A DNA stretch of 64,000 bases, from contig JAFQHN010000015.1 in NCBI GenBank assembly GCA_017397935.1, forward strand, positions 2,746 to 66,745, in the 5' to 3' direction. Position numbers and translations under genes: made by a program. The notes under the pieces were generated by a model that made no database searches, was not told where the DNA came from, and saw nothing but the letters and a program-made list of their open reading frames with translations. Origin of the DNA: Bacillota bacterium. GTDB lineage: Bacteria > Bacillota > Dehalobacteriia > UBA4068 > UBA4997. Positions 9,851 to 20,389 of the stretch are shown one piece after another; the first letter of the stretch is position 1, and the number at the start of each line of letters is the position of its first letter.

Positions 9851-11281
9851 TTAACGCAGTTTATTGTTGTCGAAAACTCCCAGCTTGAATACCTGCTTCA
9901 ATTTCTTCATCTTATCATCGGTATAAGGCGGGAAACGCAAAGGATTGGGCGTGGCGTGAGCCTTAAACACCGAACGCTGATTGGAAAATTCCAGGAAGCC
10001 GGCCTCACCGTGATAACGGCCCATGCCGCTGGCACCGTTGCCGCCAAAGGGCAAGCCGGGGTGCAGCATATGCGTCAGCGTGTCATTGATGCACAGACCG
10101 CCGCTGCGCAGCTTATATTGCACCATGCGGTTGGTTTCATCAGATTCATTGAAAACATAGCAGGCCAAAGGTGTGGGATGATTATTGATAAAACGAACGG
10201 CGTTGATAACCTTGTCATAAGTTAAAACCACCAAAATAGGGCCAAAAATCTCCTCCTGCATAACCGGGTCATCCAGATTAACATCGGTTAAGATGGTGGG
10301 GGCAATCTTCAAAGCCTGTTCAACAACCTGCCCGCCAAAGAACAAACGGGCGCTGTCACGGTAGCGGTTGATATAAGAGTTCAGGCGGTCAAAATGCTGC
10401 TTGTTGACAATACGGCCGTAATCAGCAGATTTAAGCGGATTTTCACCGTAAAGCTCACGGATGGCAAACACCAGCGAGGACATAAATGCTTCCTTCTGCT
10501 CCTCGCAAACCAGCACATAATCAGGGGCCACACAGGTCTGGCCGGCATTTAACAGCTTGGCAGAGGCGATACTTTTGGCAGCTTTGTAGATGTTGGCGGT
10601 GTTGGTTACGATGCAGGGAGATTTGCCGCCCAACTCCAAAGTAACCGAGGTCAGGTTCTTGGCAGCGGCAGTCATAACTTCTCTGCCGACAGCCGGGCTG
10701 CCGGTGAAGAAAATATGGTCAAATTTCTCAGCTACCAGGGCCTTGGCCACATCAGGGCCGCCGGTAACCACATGGACATAGTTTTCGGCAAAGGTGCTGT
10801 TGATCATTTTTTCCAGCACGGCAGAGGTGTGCGGTGCATGCTCAGACGGTTTTACCACGCAGGTATTGCCGGCCAAGATAGCGGAAATCAACGGAATAAT
10901 CGTCAACTGCACAGGATAGTTCCACGGCGAGAGAATAAGAACACAGCCCTTGGGGTCATATTGCACATGAGCTTTGCCGTGCATGGTCATCTTGGTGGGC
11001 AGTAAATTCTTGTTTTTCATCCAGCCGCCGCCTTTCTGGAAGGCAAGGTCAAACTCCTGCATAACGGGCAGCAGCTCGGTGGTATAGGCTTCGTATTCAG
11101 ATTTCCCCAAATCCTGCTGCAAGGCGTACAGCAGCTGGGATTCGTAATTTTTCATGGCGTCACGCAAATCGGCCAGCGCATTGGTGCGGAATATCTTGCC
11201 CGACATATCGTGAGTGGTCTGGCTGGTTAAAAAATAGGCTTTCTGGGCGGCAACCAGCTCAGAATAAGCAGTTTTGCTCAT
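9851..11281 (-). CDS. NAD(P)+-dependent aldehyde dehydrogenase family protein (class-3-like)
   Basis: ALDH motifs (ELGGKSP, catalytic Cys region …GQTCVAPDYVLV…, FGP…); start at MSKTAY after GGAGGA RBS. Confidence 0.85.
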   Translation of the reverse strand: MSKTAYSELVAAQKAYFLTSQTTHDMSGKIFRTNALADLRDAMKNYESQLLYALQQDLGKSEYEAYTTELLPVMQEFDLAFQKGGGWMKNKNLLPTKMTMHGKAHVQYDPKGCVLILSPWNYPVQLTIIPLISAILAGNTCVVKPSEHAPHTSAVLEKMINSTFAENYVHVVTGGPDVAKALVAEKFDHIFFTGSPAVGREVMTAAAKNLTSVTLELGGKSPCIVTNTANIYKAAKSIASAKLLNAGQTCVAPDYVLVCEEQKEAFMSSLVFAIRELYGENPLKSADYGRIVNKQHFDRLNSYINRYRDSARLFFGGQVVEQALKIAPTILTDVNLDDPVMQEEIFGPILVVLTYDKVINAVRFINNHPTPLACYVFNESDETNRMVQYKLRSGGLCINDTLTHMLHPGLPFGGNGASGMGRYHGEAGFLEFSNQRSVFKAHATPNPLRFPPYTDDKMKKLKQVFKLGVFDNNKLR

Positions 11282-11424
11282 ATTATCCTCCAAAATATAT
11301 AGTTAAATTTATCTGCAATTATAATATTACAGAGAATATTATAGCGAAAAACCGCTGGGAAATCAATGCGAAATTGGTAAAAGACAAAAAATCAGCATTA
11401 CCGTTTAAGTGATAACGCTGATTT

Positions 11425-12006
11425 TCAGATTTTAACATAGGTTTTGATAATTTCCTCGGCAATAGCCAGCTTGGTCTCGCGGCGGTCCATGGCCAACCGT
11501 TCAATATAAGAGTGTGCTTCCGGCTCGGTCCAGCTGCGCTCGGCAATCAACAGGCATTTGGCGCGGGATACCAAACGCAGTTCGTCCAGCTTTCGGGTCA
11601 GCTTGCGGTTTTCGGCCTGCAATTTGGCCAGCCGTTGGTTGGTGATTGTTACCATTGACAAGGTTTGCTCAAATGTTATGCGGTTAAGCGGCTTTTGCAG
11701 TACAATTACGCCGTTTTCCTCCAAATGCGGCTGCAATAAGTTCAGTAAATCGCTTTTATACAGCAGAATAACATAGGCTGAGCTTTGCTGGGCCGCCATC
11801 ATGGCCAAATCCTGCCCGTTCTCATCCAGCAGCGGCGCGTTAATGATAATCAGCTCAAAATCCTGCGATGACATAATGCGTCGTGCTTCGTTGGCGCTGG
11901 TTGCCATCGTAATTGCAGGGGTGGCAAAGTTAATATTTATCATTTGTACCAGGGATTGCTGCCCCTTTTCACCGGAGATAATCAATATCGAATCCAGAAA
12001 AACCAC
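11425..12006 (-). CDS. ANTAR-domain response regulator (receiver-like domain plus ANTAR RNA-binding antitermination domain)
   Basis: C-terminal ANTAR signature (…RAKCLLIAERSWTEPEAHSYIERLAMDRR…); located directly downstream of glnA; start codon (GTG) uncertain. Confidence 0.75.
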   Translation of the reverse strand: MVFLDSILIISGEKGQQSLVQMININFATPAITMATSANEARRIMSSQDFELIIINAPLLDENGQDLAMMAAQQSSAYVILLYKSDLLNLLQPHLEENGVIVLQKPLNRITFEQTLSMVTITNQRLAKLQAENRKLTRKLDELRLVSRAKCLLIAERSWTEPEAHSYIERLAMDRRETKLAIAEEIIKTYVKI

Positions 12007-12031
12007 CCCCCTTTCAATTTACTAAAAAACT

Positions 12032-13348
12032 TTAATATACACCCAGATACATCTTTTCCTCAGCCGCAGTTTTATCCTCGGCCGCACAGTAATACTGCCA
12101 TTCATCACGCTTGGCGCTGACGAATAACTCCAAAATCTCCTCCGAGATTACCGATTTTACAAAATCGCTGTTTTCGGCAGCCTTAATCGCCTCTCCCAAA
12201 TTGCGAGGCAGCTGGGCAAATTTAGCCTGCTCGGTCGGCACATCATCACCTTGCAGCGGCTCACTAAGCGGCAGCTGCTGCTCTACACCCTCCAAACCGG
12301 CATTAAGCAGCAGAGCAAACGCCAGATAAGGGTTCAGGCAGGAATCCGGAGAGCGCAGCTCCATGTGGACGGAATTGATGGTGGAAACCGGAAAGCTGAC
12401 CAGCTGGAAACGGCTGGTGTCCGACCAACTGATATACGCAGGGGCTTCAAAGCTGCCAAAACGCGCATAAGAATTGGTGAGCGAATTAAGAAACAAAGTG
12501 ATTTCGCTGATGCGGTTAAGGATGCCGGCAATAAAATGGCGCGCTGTTGTCTGATGAGGACTGTCGGCACCAAAAATATTCTCGCCGTTACGATACATAA
12601 AGAAGTGCGTGTGCAGGCCGCAGCCATATTGGTCCGGGAAAGGTTTGGGCAGCATGGAAGCGTGCAGGCCGTTATAATTGGCCACCGTTTTTACCACCGT
12701 CTTAAAGCTGAGGAAATCATCGGCAGCGGTCATAGGGTCGCTGGGCTTGAAATCAATCTCATTCTGGCCGGGGCCGCGTTCATGCTGAGATGTTTGCGGC
12801 TGAATACCCATTTCTTCCAGATACAGGCAAATCTGGCGGCGCACATCCTCGCCTTTATCCAGCGGCGCAACATCCAGATAACCGGCATAATCATTGGGGC
12901 GATGCGAAATGCTGCCGTCCTCATTGAGTTCCAGCAGATAAAATTCACATTCGGTACCCAGTTTGCATTGTAGGTTGGCAGCCTGCAAACGTTGAATGGC
13001 CTGATTGAGCATAAAACGCCCATCGCCCAAAAAAGGACGGCCATCAGCATAACAGATATTGCAGAAAACCCGCACCACCTTGCCGGTGGAGGGGCGCCAG
13101 GGCAGAAAAGCGATACTGTTGGGGTCCGGGAAAAGCAGCAGCTCGGCGGATTCGTTGCTCATAAAGCCTTTTACTGCCGATGCCTCGAAGGGAATACCGT
13201 AAAGAAAGGCATGGGGCAGCTCATTGGGCATAATGGAAATGGTTTTTTGCACGCCAAAAACATCGCAGAAAAGCAGGCGGATAAATTTGACATCATTATC
13301 TTCAACAAATTGCAGAGCTTCTTCAACTGTACGCAGCATTTGTAACAC
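12032..13348 (-). CDS. glnA: Glutamine synthetase, type I
   Basis: 438 aa, GS beta-grasp and catalytic domain motifs; GGAGGTG RBS. Confidence 0.9.
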   Translation of the reverse strand: MLQMLRTVEEALQFVEDNDVKFIRLLFCDVFGVQKTISIMPNELPHAFLYGIPFEASAVKGFMSNESAELLLFPDPNSIAFLPWRPSTGKVVRVFCNICYADGRPFLGDGRFMLNQAIQRLQAANLQCKLGTECEFYLLELNEDGSISHRPNDYAGYLDVAPLDKGEDVRRQICLYLEEMGIQPQTSQHERGPGQNEIDFKPSDPMTAADDFLSFKTVVKTVANYNGLHASMLPKPFPDQYGCGLHTHFFMYRNGENIFGADSPHQTTARHFIAGILNRISEITLFLNSLTNSYARFGSFEAPAYISWSDTSRFQLVSFPVSTINSVHMELRSPDSCLNPYLAFALLLNAGLEGVEQQLPLSEPLQGDDVPTEQAKFAQLPRNLGEAIKAAENSDFVKSVISEEILELFVSAKRDEWQYYCAAEDKTAAEEKMYLGVY

Positions 13349-13423
13349 CTCCGGAGAGTTTATAATACATCATATTATAACATAACGCTGAAAAAAAACC
13401 AAGGCTGACAAGCCAAAAAAGTG

Positions 13424-13452
13424 TTGACAATACCCCGCCCTAATCATATAAT
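13424..13452 (+). promoter_or_regulatory. Near-consensus sigma-70-like promoter (TTGACA-17 bp-TATAAT) for the type III GS gene
   Basis: Exact TTGACA at 13424-13429, 17-bp spacer, exact TATAAT at 13447-13452. Confidence 0.6.
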
Positions 13453-13470
13453 AGTAAGGTAATCGGCAAA

Positions 13471-13508
13471 GGCGCTGTGGTAATTATCCGCAGTGCCCTT
13501 TTTATTTT
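13471..13508 (+). terminator. Terminator-like hairpin plus U-run in the 5' leader of glnN, ~15 nt after the predicted TSS (candidate attenuator)
   Basis: GGCGCUG…CAGUGCC stem (one G-U) followed by CUUUUUAUUUU; lies between promoter and the ATG ~110 nt downstream. Confidence 0.4.
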
Positions 13509-13616
13509 AACAGACTAACAGATTAGTTTGTTGGTGTAATATCATAGCAGTATGCTAAAATATTGTTGTGTGGGCCGTTGAGTTTGTTTAATAACCAATT
13601 TATGGAGGTAATAAAA

Positions 13617-15707
13617 ATGACAAATGTTCCCGAATTATTTGGCAGCAACGTCTTTAATGAAAATGTAATGAAGGAAAGACTGCCCAAGGCGGTTTATAAG
13701 GCGCTGAAAAAGACTATTCAGTCCGGCAATCCGCTTGACCCTTCGCTGGCCGAATCTGTGGCCACCGCTATGAAGGATTGGGCAATCCAGAAAGGTGTGA
13801 CCCATTATACCCATTGGTTTCAGCCGCTGACCGGCATTACCGCCGAAAAACATGACAGCTTTATCGAACCGACCGAGGGTGGTAATGTAATTATGGAGTT
13901 CTCCGGCAAAAACCTTATCCAGGGTGAGCCTGACGCCTCCTCTTTCCCCTCCGGCGGTCTGCGCTCCACCTTTGAGGCACGCGGATACACCACCTGGGAC
14001 CCTACCTCTTACGCTTTTATCAAAAATAATACCCTGTGTATCCCCACCGCTTTTTGCTCTTATGGCGGCGAGGTGTTGGATAAAAAAATTCCCCTGCTGC
14101 GCTCGATGGAGGCCATCAATAAGCAGGCGCTGCGTATTCTGCGGCTTTTCGGCAACAATGATGCCAGCCGTGTAACCACCACGGTAGGCGCAGAACAGGA
14201 ATATTTTCTGGTTGATGCCGATATGTTCAAAAAGCGCAAGGATCTGCGTTTTGTCGGCCGCACCCTGTTTGGCGCCATGCCGCCCAAGGGGCAGGAAATG
14301 GAAGACCATTATTTTGGTGCCATTCGCTCTCAGGTAATGTCTTTTATGCAGGATTTGGATGAGGAATTGTGGAAACTGGGTGTGCTTTCCAAAACCCGCC
14401 ACAATGAGGCCGCACCGGCCCAGCATGAGTTGGCCCCTATTTTTTCCTCCACCAATATATCCACGGATAACAACCAGCTGGTTATGGAAATGATGAAGAA
14501 ATTGGCTCCCAAGCATGGCCTTACTTGCCTGCTGCATGAGAAGCCTTTCGAGGGTGTAAACGGCAGCGGCAAGCATAACAACTGGTCTATGGGCACCGAT
14601 TTGGGCGAAAACCTGCTGGAACCCGGCAAAACCCCGCGCGAGAACAGACAGTTCCTTACTTATCTTACTGCGGTTATCAAGGCAGTTGACGATTACCAGG
14701 ATTTGCTGCGTATCTCGGTGGCCAGCGCCGGTAATGACCACCGCCTGGGTGGGCATGAAGCACCGCCGGCTATTGTTTCCATCTTCCTGGGTGATGAGCT
14801 GGAAGCTGTGCTGGATTCTATCACCGGAGACAAAACTTATGAAGAAGTCGGGCAGAGCATTTTGGATTCGGGCGTTAGTGTATTGCCGAATCTGCCCAAA
14901 GACAGCACTGACCGCAACCGTACCTCTCCCTTCGCCTTCACCGGCAATAAGTTTGAGTTCCGTATGCTGGGTTCCGGTTTCTCTATTGCCTGCGCCAACA
15001 TTATTTTGAACGCTATTGTCGCTGATACGCTGGGCAAATTTGCCGATGAACTGGAAAATGTGCCGGCCGAACAGTTTGATTCGGCGCTGAACGCTCTGCT
15101 GAAACGCGAATTGAAGGAGCACAAGCGGATTATCTTCAACGGCAACAATTACTCCGAAGAATGGGTTATCGAGGCTGAAAAGCGTGGCTTGCTGAACCTG
15201 AAAACCACTCCGGATGCGCTGCCCCACTACACCGATGCCAAAAATGTAGCGATGTTTGAGCGTCAGGGCATTTATAATTTGAAGGAAATTGAGGCCCGTC
15301 AGGACAGCATTTTGGAGGAATACTATAAAATTATCCGTATCGAAGCTTTAACGATGCTGGATATGGCCAGAACGGAAATTTTCCCTGCCGTTCTCAATTA
15401 TTCCGAGGAATTGGCCCGTACGATTATCGCCAAACAAGCGGTTGCAGGTATCACCACCAAAGCTGAGGAAAGATTGCTGGCCAAAATTTCCGCATTGAAC
15501 GAGCATCTGGCTGACACCATTGATGAGTTGGATGCTGCCCTGAACGGTGCCGCAGCTTGCAATACAGCTACCGAAACAGCCGTATATTATCGTGATGCGG
15601 TGTTGAGCAAGATGAACGAAATGCGTGCGGTCTCCGATAAATTGGAGCCGATGATTGCCGCCAAATACTGGCCCTTCCCCACTTACAGCGACTTGTTGTT
15701 TTACTAA
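13617..15707 (+). CDS. glnN: Glutamine synthetase, type III (GlnN-like, ~700 aa)
   Basis: Length and N-terminal region typical of GSIII; start MTNVPELFG after GGAGG RBS. Confidence 0.88.
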   Translation: MTNVPELFGSNVFNENVMKERLPKAVYKALKKTIQSGNPLDPSLAESVATAMKDWAIQKGVTHYTHWFQPLTGITAEKHDSFIEPTEGGNVIMEFSGKNLIQGEPDASSFPSGGLRSTFEARGYTTWDPTSYAFIKNNTLCIPTAFCSYGGEVLDKKIPLLRSMEAINKQALRILRLFGNNDASRVTTTVGAEQEYFLVDADMFKKRKDLRFVGRTLFGAMPPKGQEMEDHYFGAIRSQVMSFMQDLDEELWKLGVLSKTRHNEAAPAQHELAPIFSSTNISTDNNQLVMEMMKKLAPKHGLTCLLHEKPFEGVNGSGKHNNWSMGTDLGENLLEPGKTPRENRQFLTYLTAVIKAVDDYQDLLRISVASAGNDHRLGGHEAPPAIVSIFLGDELEAVLDSITGDKTYEEVGQSILDSGVSVLPNLPKDSTDRNRTSPFAFTGNKFEFRMLGSGFSIACANIILNAIVADTLGKFADELENVPAEQFDSALNALLKRELKEHKRIIFNGNNYSEEWVIEAEKRGLLNLKTTPDALPHYTDAKNVAMFERQGIYNLKEIEARQDSILEEYYKIIRIEALTMLDMARTEIFPAVLNYSEELARTIIAKQAVAGITTKAEERLLAKISALNEHLADTIDELDAALNGAAACNTATETAVYYRDAVLSKMNEMRAVSDKLEPMIAAKYWPFPTYSDLLFY

Positions 15708-15731
15708 AATTACATATAAATAACATACAAA

Positions 15732-15777
15732 CAGGGCGTGTTTCCACCAAAGATGGACGGCACGCCCTGATTTTTTG
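15732..15777 (+). terminator. Rho-independent terminator after glnN
   Basis: CAGGGCGTG…CACGCCCTG 9-bp stem then ATTTTTTG. Confidence 0.7.
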
Positions 15778-15780
15778 TAA

Positions 15781-15806
15781 AAAAAACCGCCTTGCGGCGG
15801 CTGATA
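15781..15806 (-). terminator. Terminator downstream of tRNA-Gly (GCCGCC-GCAA-GGCGGC hairpin plus T-run on minus strand)
   Basis: ccgccttgcggcgg palindrome flanked by A/T runs. Confidence 0.55.
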
Positions 15807-15880
15807 TGGAGCGGGTGAAGGGAATCGAACCCTCGCTAAAAGCTTGGGAAGCTCTTGTTCTGCCATTAAACTACACCCGC
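15807..15880 (-). tRNA. tRNA-Gly (anticodon CCC)
   Basis: Minus-strand sequence GCGGGTGTAGTTTAATGGCAGAACAAGAGCTTCCCAAGCTCTTAGCGAGGGTTCGATTCCCTTCACCCGCTCCA folds as a cloverleaf; anticodon loop TTCCCAA; GTTCGATTC T-loop; CCA end encoded. Confidence 0.85.
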
Positions 15881-15996
15881 AAAATGTTTTATTATTATAT
15901 CATTTTGCCGTGGTTTTGTAAAGGGTTTGCCGAGAATAATTTCCAAAAAAAATACCCGAAGCTGCAAACCTCGGGTATTTTAATATGGCAAAATTA

Positions 15997-16773
15997 TTAT
16001 TTATCCAGGAAATTTTTAAGCACATAAGCATTGGCCTGGCGGTTCATGGCCGCAATATGGGCAGTCAGGTTGATATGCTTGGGGCAAACCTGCTTGCAGT
16101 TCTGCGAGTTGCCGCAATCCTGAATACCACCTTTGGCGGTCAGCGCCTCCAAACGCTCATCGGCCTGCGTTCTGCCAATGGCGTGCATATTAAACATACG
16201 CACCTGGGCAATGGCATTGGGGCCGACAAAATCAGACTTGGAGTTATAATTGGGGCAAGCCTCCAAGCAACAGCCGCAAGTCATACAATGCGAGATTTCA
16301 TAAGCAATGCTCTGGTCTTTCTCCGACAGTCTGGGGCCGCGGCCGATTGCCCAGGAACCATCTACCCGTACCCAAGCATGAACGCGCTTCAAGTTATCAA
16401 ACATCTTGCTGCGGTCGATCATCAAGTCACGGATAACGGGGAATTTGGTCAGCGGCTCCAACTGAATGGGGCGGTCACCGTATTTTTCAATCAATTTATC
16501 GGTCAAAGCAGCGCAAGCCTGACGCGGTACGCCGTTGATCAGCATGGTGCAGGCGCCGCAAACTTCTTCCAGACAGTTACATTCCCAAACAACAGGGTTT
16601 ACCTGCTGGCCGTCAGCGGTAACAGGATTTTTACGAATTTCCATCAATGCCGAAACAATATTCATGTTCGGGCGATACGGAATATGAAATTCCTGCCAGT
16701 AAGACGGCGAGGAGGGATTGTCACGGCGTTTGATTTTCAGTTTAATATATTTTACATTCTTCAAGTCTACCAT
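15997..16773 (-). CDS. sdhB: Succinate dehydrogenase/fumarate reductase iron-sulfur subunit
   Basis: 2Fe-2S and 4Fe-4S/3Fe-4S cysteine clusters (CxxxxCxxC…, CxxCxxCxxxCP). Confidence 0.9.
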   Translation of the reverse strand: MVDLKNVKYIKLKIKRRDNPSSPSYWQEFHIPYRPNMNIVSALMEIRKNPVTADGQQVNPVVWECNCLEEVCGACTMLINGVPRQACAALTDKLIEKYGDRPIQLEPLTKFPVIRDLMIDRSKMFDNLKRVHAWVRVDGSWAIGRGPRLSEKDQSIAYEISHCMTCGCCLEACPNYNSKSDFVGPNAIAQVRMFNMHAIGRTQADERLEALTAKGGIQDCGNSQNCKQVCPKHINLTAHIAAMNRQANAYVLKNFLDK

Positions 16774-16786
16774 TATTGTCCCCTCC

Positions 16787-18520
16787 TTAATATTTTCTTT
16801 CCACGGGTTTCAGCAGGCTGATGTCAACCTCTTCCCAGCTGAATTCCGGCGCACCGTTTTTATAGGTGGCCAGCGTAGTCTTCAAGAAGTTCTCGTCATC
16901 ACGCTTTGGGAACTCCGGTTTATAGTGAGAACCGCGGCTCTCGTTACGGCGCAGGGCACCGCCAACGATAACACGGGCCAAATCCATCATACCGCGCAGC
17001 TGACGAACATACATAACCGTCTGGTTGGAGTAGCCGCCAAAGTCGGTGATATTGATGTTGTGCCAGCGCTCCTGGAACTCTTGCAGCTTAACATCGGTTT
17101 CTTCCAGATTTTTGTTAATACGCACAATGGTAGCGTTGCGATACATAATATCGCTCATCTCATCATGCAGTTTGTAGGGATTCTCCTTGCCTTCCATCTT
17201 TGTCAGCTTTTCATGCTCGGCCTGCTGCTTTTTAACGGTCAATTCAGCCAGATTGCCGATGGTTTCAGCAGCAGTAGCATTAAGTCCGCTGACATATTTA
17301 ACAACAGACGGGCCGCAAACAGTACCGCTGTACATAGCAGAAAGCAGAGAGTTGGCACCCAAACGGTTGGCGCCGTGGTACATATAATCACATTCGCCGG
17401 CTGCAAACAGACCGGGAATTTTGGTTTGATGATTCCAGTCAACATGGATACCGCCCATAAAATAATGTACGGCGGGGAAAATCTTCATCGGTACTTTGCG
17501 CGGGTCGTCGCCATAGAAGGTCTGGTAAATATCCATAATACCTTTTAAGCGGCGGTCCAGATATTCGGTGGGCAGGTGGCTCAAATCCAGGTAAACCTGG
17601 TTTTTGCCGTCAACACCCAAGCCCATATTTACGCAAACATCATAAATCTCACGCGCGGCAATATCACGGGGCACCAAGTTGCCGTAGGTGGGATATCTTT
17701 CTTCCAGGAAATACCACGGTTTGCCGTCCTTATAAGTCCATACGCGGGCACCGTCACCACGGGCAGATTCGGACATCAGACGCAGTTTATCATCACCGGG
17801 CATGGCGGTGGGATGAATTTGCACAAACTCACCGTTGGCATAAGGTATGCCGTGCTGATACAAAATAGCGGCAGCCGAACCAGTATTGATGATGGAGTTG
17901 GTAGAACGACCGTAAATCATGCCTGCGCCGCCGGTTGCAATAACCACAGCGTCAGCCACAAAATCCTTAATCTCCATGGTGGCCAGATTCTGGGCAACCA
18001 CGCCCTTGCAGACGCCGTTGTCATCAATCAGCAGGTCAATCATTTCCCAGTTTTCATATTTGGTAACCAGGCCCAAAACTTCTTTGTAACGCACCTGCTC
18101 ATCCAGCGCATACAGCAGCTGCTGACCGGTGGTGGCACCGGCAAACGCGGTACGGCGATTCTTTACACCGCCGAAACGACGCAAGTCCAGCAGACCCTCG
18201 CTGGTACGGGTAAACATTACGCCCATGCGGTCCATAGCATAGATGATGCCGGGGGCGTTTTCCACCAAACCCTTTACCGGGGTCTGGTTGGCCAAAAAGT
18301 CGCCGCCGTAAATGGTATCATAAAAATGCTGGTCAACGCTGTCATGCTCACCCTTGGTATCCAGAGCCGCATTTACGCCGCCCTGCGCACAAACCGAGTG
18401 AGAACGCTTCACCGGTACCAAGGAAATCAAATCAACATGAATATCTTTTTCGGTAATTTTTAAGGTGGACATCAAACCGGCCAAACCGCCGCCGACAACC
18501 ACAACTCTGGTTTTTTCCAT
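16787..18520 (-). CDS. sdhA: Succinate dehydrogenase/fumarate reductase flavoprotein subunit
   Basis: N-terminal FAD-binding GxGxAG, histidine FAD-attachment region, 577 aa. Confidence 0.9.
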   Translation of the reverse strand: MEKTRVVVVGGGLAGLMSTLKITEKDIHVDLISLVPVKRSHSVCAQGGVNAALDTKGEHDSVDQHFYDTIYGGDFLANQTPVKGLVENAPGIIYAMDRMGVMFTRTSEGLLDLRRFGGVKNRRTAFAGATTGQQLLYALDEQVRYKEVLGLVTKYENWEMIDLLIDDNGVCKGVVAQNLATMEIKDFVADAVVIATGGAGMIYGRSTNSIINTGSAAAILYQHGIPYANGEFVQIHPTAMPGDDKLRLMSESARGDGARVWTYKDGKPWYFLEERYPTYGNLVPRDIAAREIYDVCVNMGLGVDGKNQVYLDLSHLPTEYLDRRLKGIMDIYQTFYGDDPRKVPMKIFPAVHYFMGGIHVDWNHQTKIPGLFAAGECDYMYHGANRLGANSLLSAMYSGTVCGPSVVKYVSGLNATAAETIGNLAELTVKKQQAEHEKLTKMEGKENPYKLHDEMSDIMYRNATIVRINKNLEETDVKLQEFQERWHNINITDFGGYSNQTVMYVRQLRGMMDLARVIVGGALRRNESRGSHYKPEFPKRDDENFLKTTLATYKNGAPEFSWEEVDISLLKPVERKY

Positions 18521-18541
18521 AGCAAATAATCCCCCTTTACA

Positions 18542-19150
18542 CTATGCCACAGCCAAGGCCAGCAAAATGCCGACAGCCCAAATGGAAATTACGATGAACA
18601 GGGCGGTTGCACAGATAGCAAAAATCTTCTGGGCACGGTCACCAACGCAAATACCCCAGGTAATGCAGAAGGTGAAAAGGCCGTTGGTAAAATGATAAAC
18701 TGTGGCGACCACGCCGATAACATACAGCACAAAGGTCAGCGGGTTTTGCAGCATAGAAAGCAAGGCGGCAAAGGTACCCTCGGCCGAAACCGGTGCAATA
18801 CGCAGGGTATAAACATGCCAGATAATAAACGCCAGAACAATCAAAGAGGTAAATCTTTGCAGATAAAAGGCCAGATTACGATAATACTTATATTTAAGTA
18901 CATTATTCTTGGCCAAATATACTATGTAAATACCGTAAATGCCGTGGAAGATAATCGGAATGGCAATCAAACCAATCTCCAACAGCTCAATAAATGGGAA
19001 GCTCTTCATGAAATTTACCATGGTCATGTAGGCTTCGTTGCCCAGAAAGATAGAGCTGTTCAGCATAAAATGCACACAAATGAACAGACCAATCGGAATC
19101 AGAGCAATTAAGGAATGAAATCTTCTGATGAAAAAACTAAGTTTCGACAA
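18542..19150 (-). CDS. sdhC: Succinate dehydrogenase/fumarate reductase cytochrome b membrane subunit
   Basis: 202-aa polytopic membrane protein with conserved His; TTG start with AAGGGGGA RBS; first gene of sdhCAB. Confidence 0.75.
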   Translation of the reverse strand: MSKLSFFIRRFHSLIALIPIGLFICVHFMLNSSIFLGNEAYMTMVNFMKSFPFIELLEIGLIAIPIIFHGIYGIYIVYLAKNNVLKYKYYRNLAFYLQRFTSLIVLAFIIWHVYTLRIAPVSAEGTFAALLSMLQNPLTFVLYVIGVVATVYHFTNGLFTFCITWGICVGDRAQKIFAICATALFIVISIWAVGILLALAVA

Positions 19151-19389
19151 CGTTTAATCCCCCTTTTTTTGTTCTTGAAAAATCCCCAAGATAAAAAATT
19201 AAATATTAAAAAACACAAATCAAGCTTTTTTTGCAGATTAAAAGTTTTTAGTCAATGCAAGTAATAAAAAGTCGATTGGTGTCTTAAATAAATAATCCTT
19301 ATTAACTTTCTATTTTATCATGCAAATTCCTGCCGCAGATTCAAAAAATATCAAAAAAATTCAATAATTTTTTATGAATATGCGGTTTA

Positions 19390-20268
19390 TTATCGAACAT
19401 GGTCACGGCAGGCGGCATCATATATTTGCTGAAAAGTTACCGCGTCAACATCCTGAGTACCGGCACTTTCACAGATTACGGTCGGTTTCCAGCCTTGTTC
19501 CGCCAAAATATCAGCCAATAACTCAAAATCCGGGCCAAATTCCTTCTCTGCCAGGATTCGATGACGGCGCTCGCCTGCTTTCGTATATTCAATAGGAGAA
19601 AAATGAATATGCAGCCTGTCCACCACATCTTCGCCCAATCTGCGCTCAATTTTGTGCAGAATATGCTCAAAATCTTCCCGCCGCTGCAAGCCGCCGCCCG
19701 TCAGCGCATGAATATGCGCAAAATCCACTGTGGGGCGTACGCTTTCGGCCACCTCGCACAGACGCAGTACCTCGCCCAGCGTGCCCAGCTGCCCCTTTTT
19801 ACCCATGGTTTCGGGGCAAAGATAAACCGCATCCAGCAAACCCTCGCGGTCGGCCAGCGTTACAATATCCTCCAACAGCATGGCGGCACTCTCCAAAGCC
19901 TGTTCCCGCGGCAAATCACCAACCGCACCGGGATGAAAAACCACACGGTCGGCGCCCATTTTCTCAGCCGCACGCAGGGATTTAAGCAGATGCTGGACGG
20001 ATTTTTCGCGTATTGCCTCATCCTGGCTGGCCAAATTGATGTAATACGGTGCATGAATGCTCAGCCCCATATCCAGCGCTTGGGCGGTTTTGCGCATCGA
20101 GGCACAAAAGGCATCGCTGATACGCACTCCGTGTGTACACTCGTACTCATAAGCCGAAAGTCCCATGCGATAAAGGTACTCGCAAGCGTCCAGAGAGCTT
20201 TTATATCCGGCGGCATAAAAACCGTCACTATTGCCGCCGGCGCCAAAACGGGGGCGGTTCAGAGCCAT
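19390..20268 (-). CDS. AP-endonuclease family 2 / xylose-isomerase-like TIM-barrel protein (endonuclease IV-like fold; function not resolved)
   Basis: Motifs HAPYYINLAS, VVFHPG, DFAHIHA resembling Nfo/sugar-phosphate isomerase TIM barrels; start MALNRP after GGAGGA RBS. Confidence 0.55.
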   Translation of the reverse strand: MALNRPRFGAGGNSDGFYAAGYKSSLDACEYLYRMGLSAYEYECTHGVRISDAFCASMRKTAQALDMGLSIHAPYYINLASQDEAIREKSVQHLLKSLRAAEKMGADRVVFHPGAVGDLPREQALESAAMLLEDIVTLADREGLLDAVYLCPETMGKKGQLGTLGEVLRLCEVAESVRPTVDFAHIHALTGGGLQRREDFEHILHKIERRLGEDVVDRLHIHFSPIEYTKAGERRHRILAEKEFGPDFELLADILAEQGWKPTVICESAGTQDVDAVTFQQIYDAACRDHVR

Positions 20269-20389
20269 AAAACATTCCTCCATCGGCAGGATAACCCCTG
20301 CTGTAATAATTACGCAGACGACAGCTAAAAAATTGCTCGGGTTACACAGCAAATTACTGCTTTTTTATCCAAAATCTTCTATATAAATA

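Noticed and set aside
15348-15866. 172-aa minus-strand ORF overlapping the tRNA-Gly locus and terminators
   Set aside because: The ORF simply reads through the tRNA gene and intergenic hairpins (its 'protein' begins with the translated tRNA). It is not a credible CDS.
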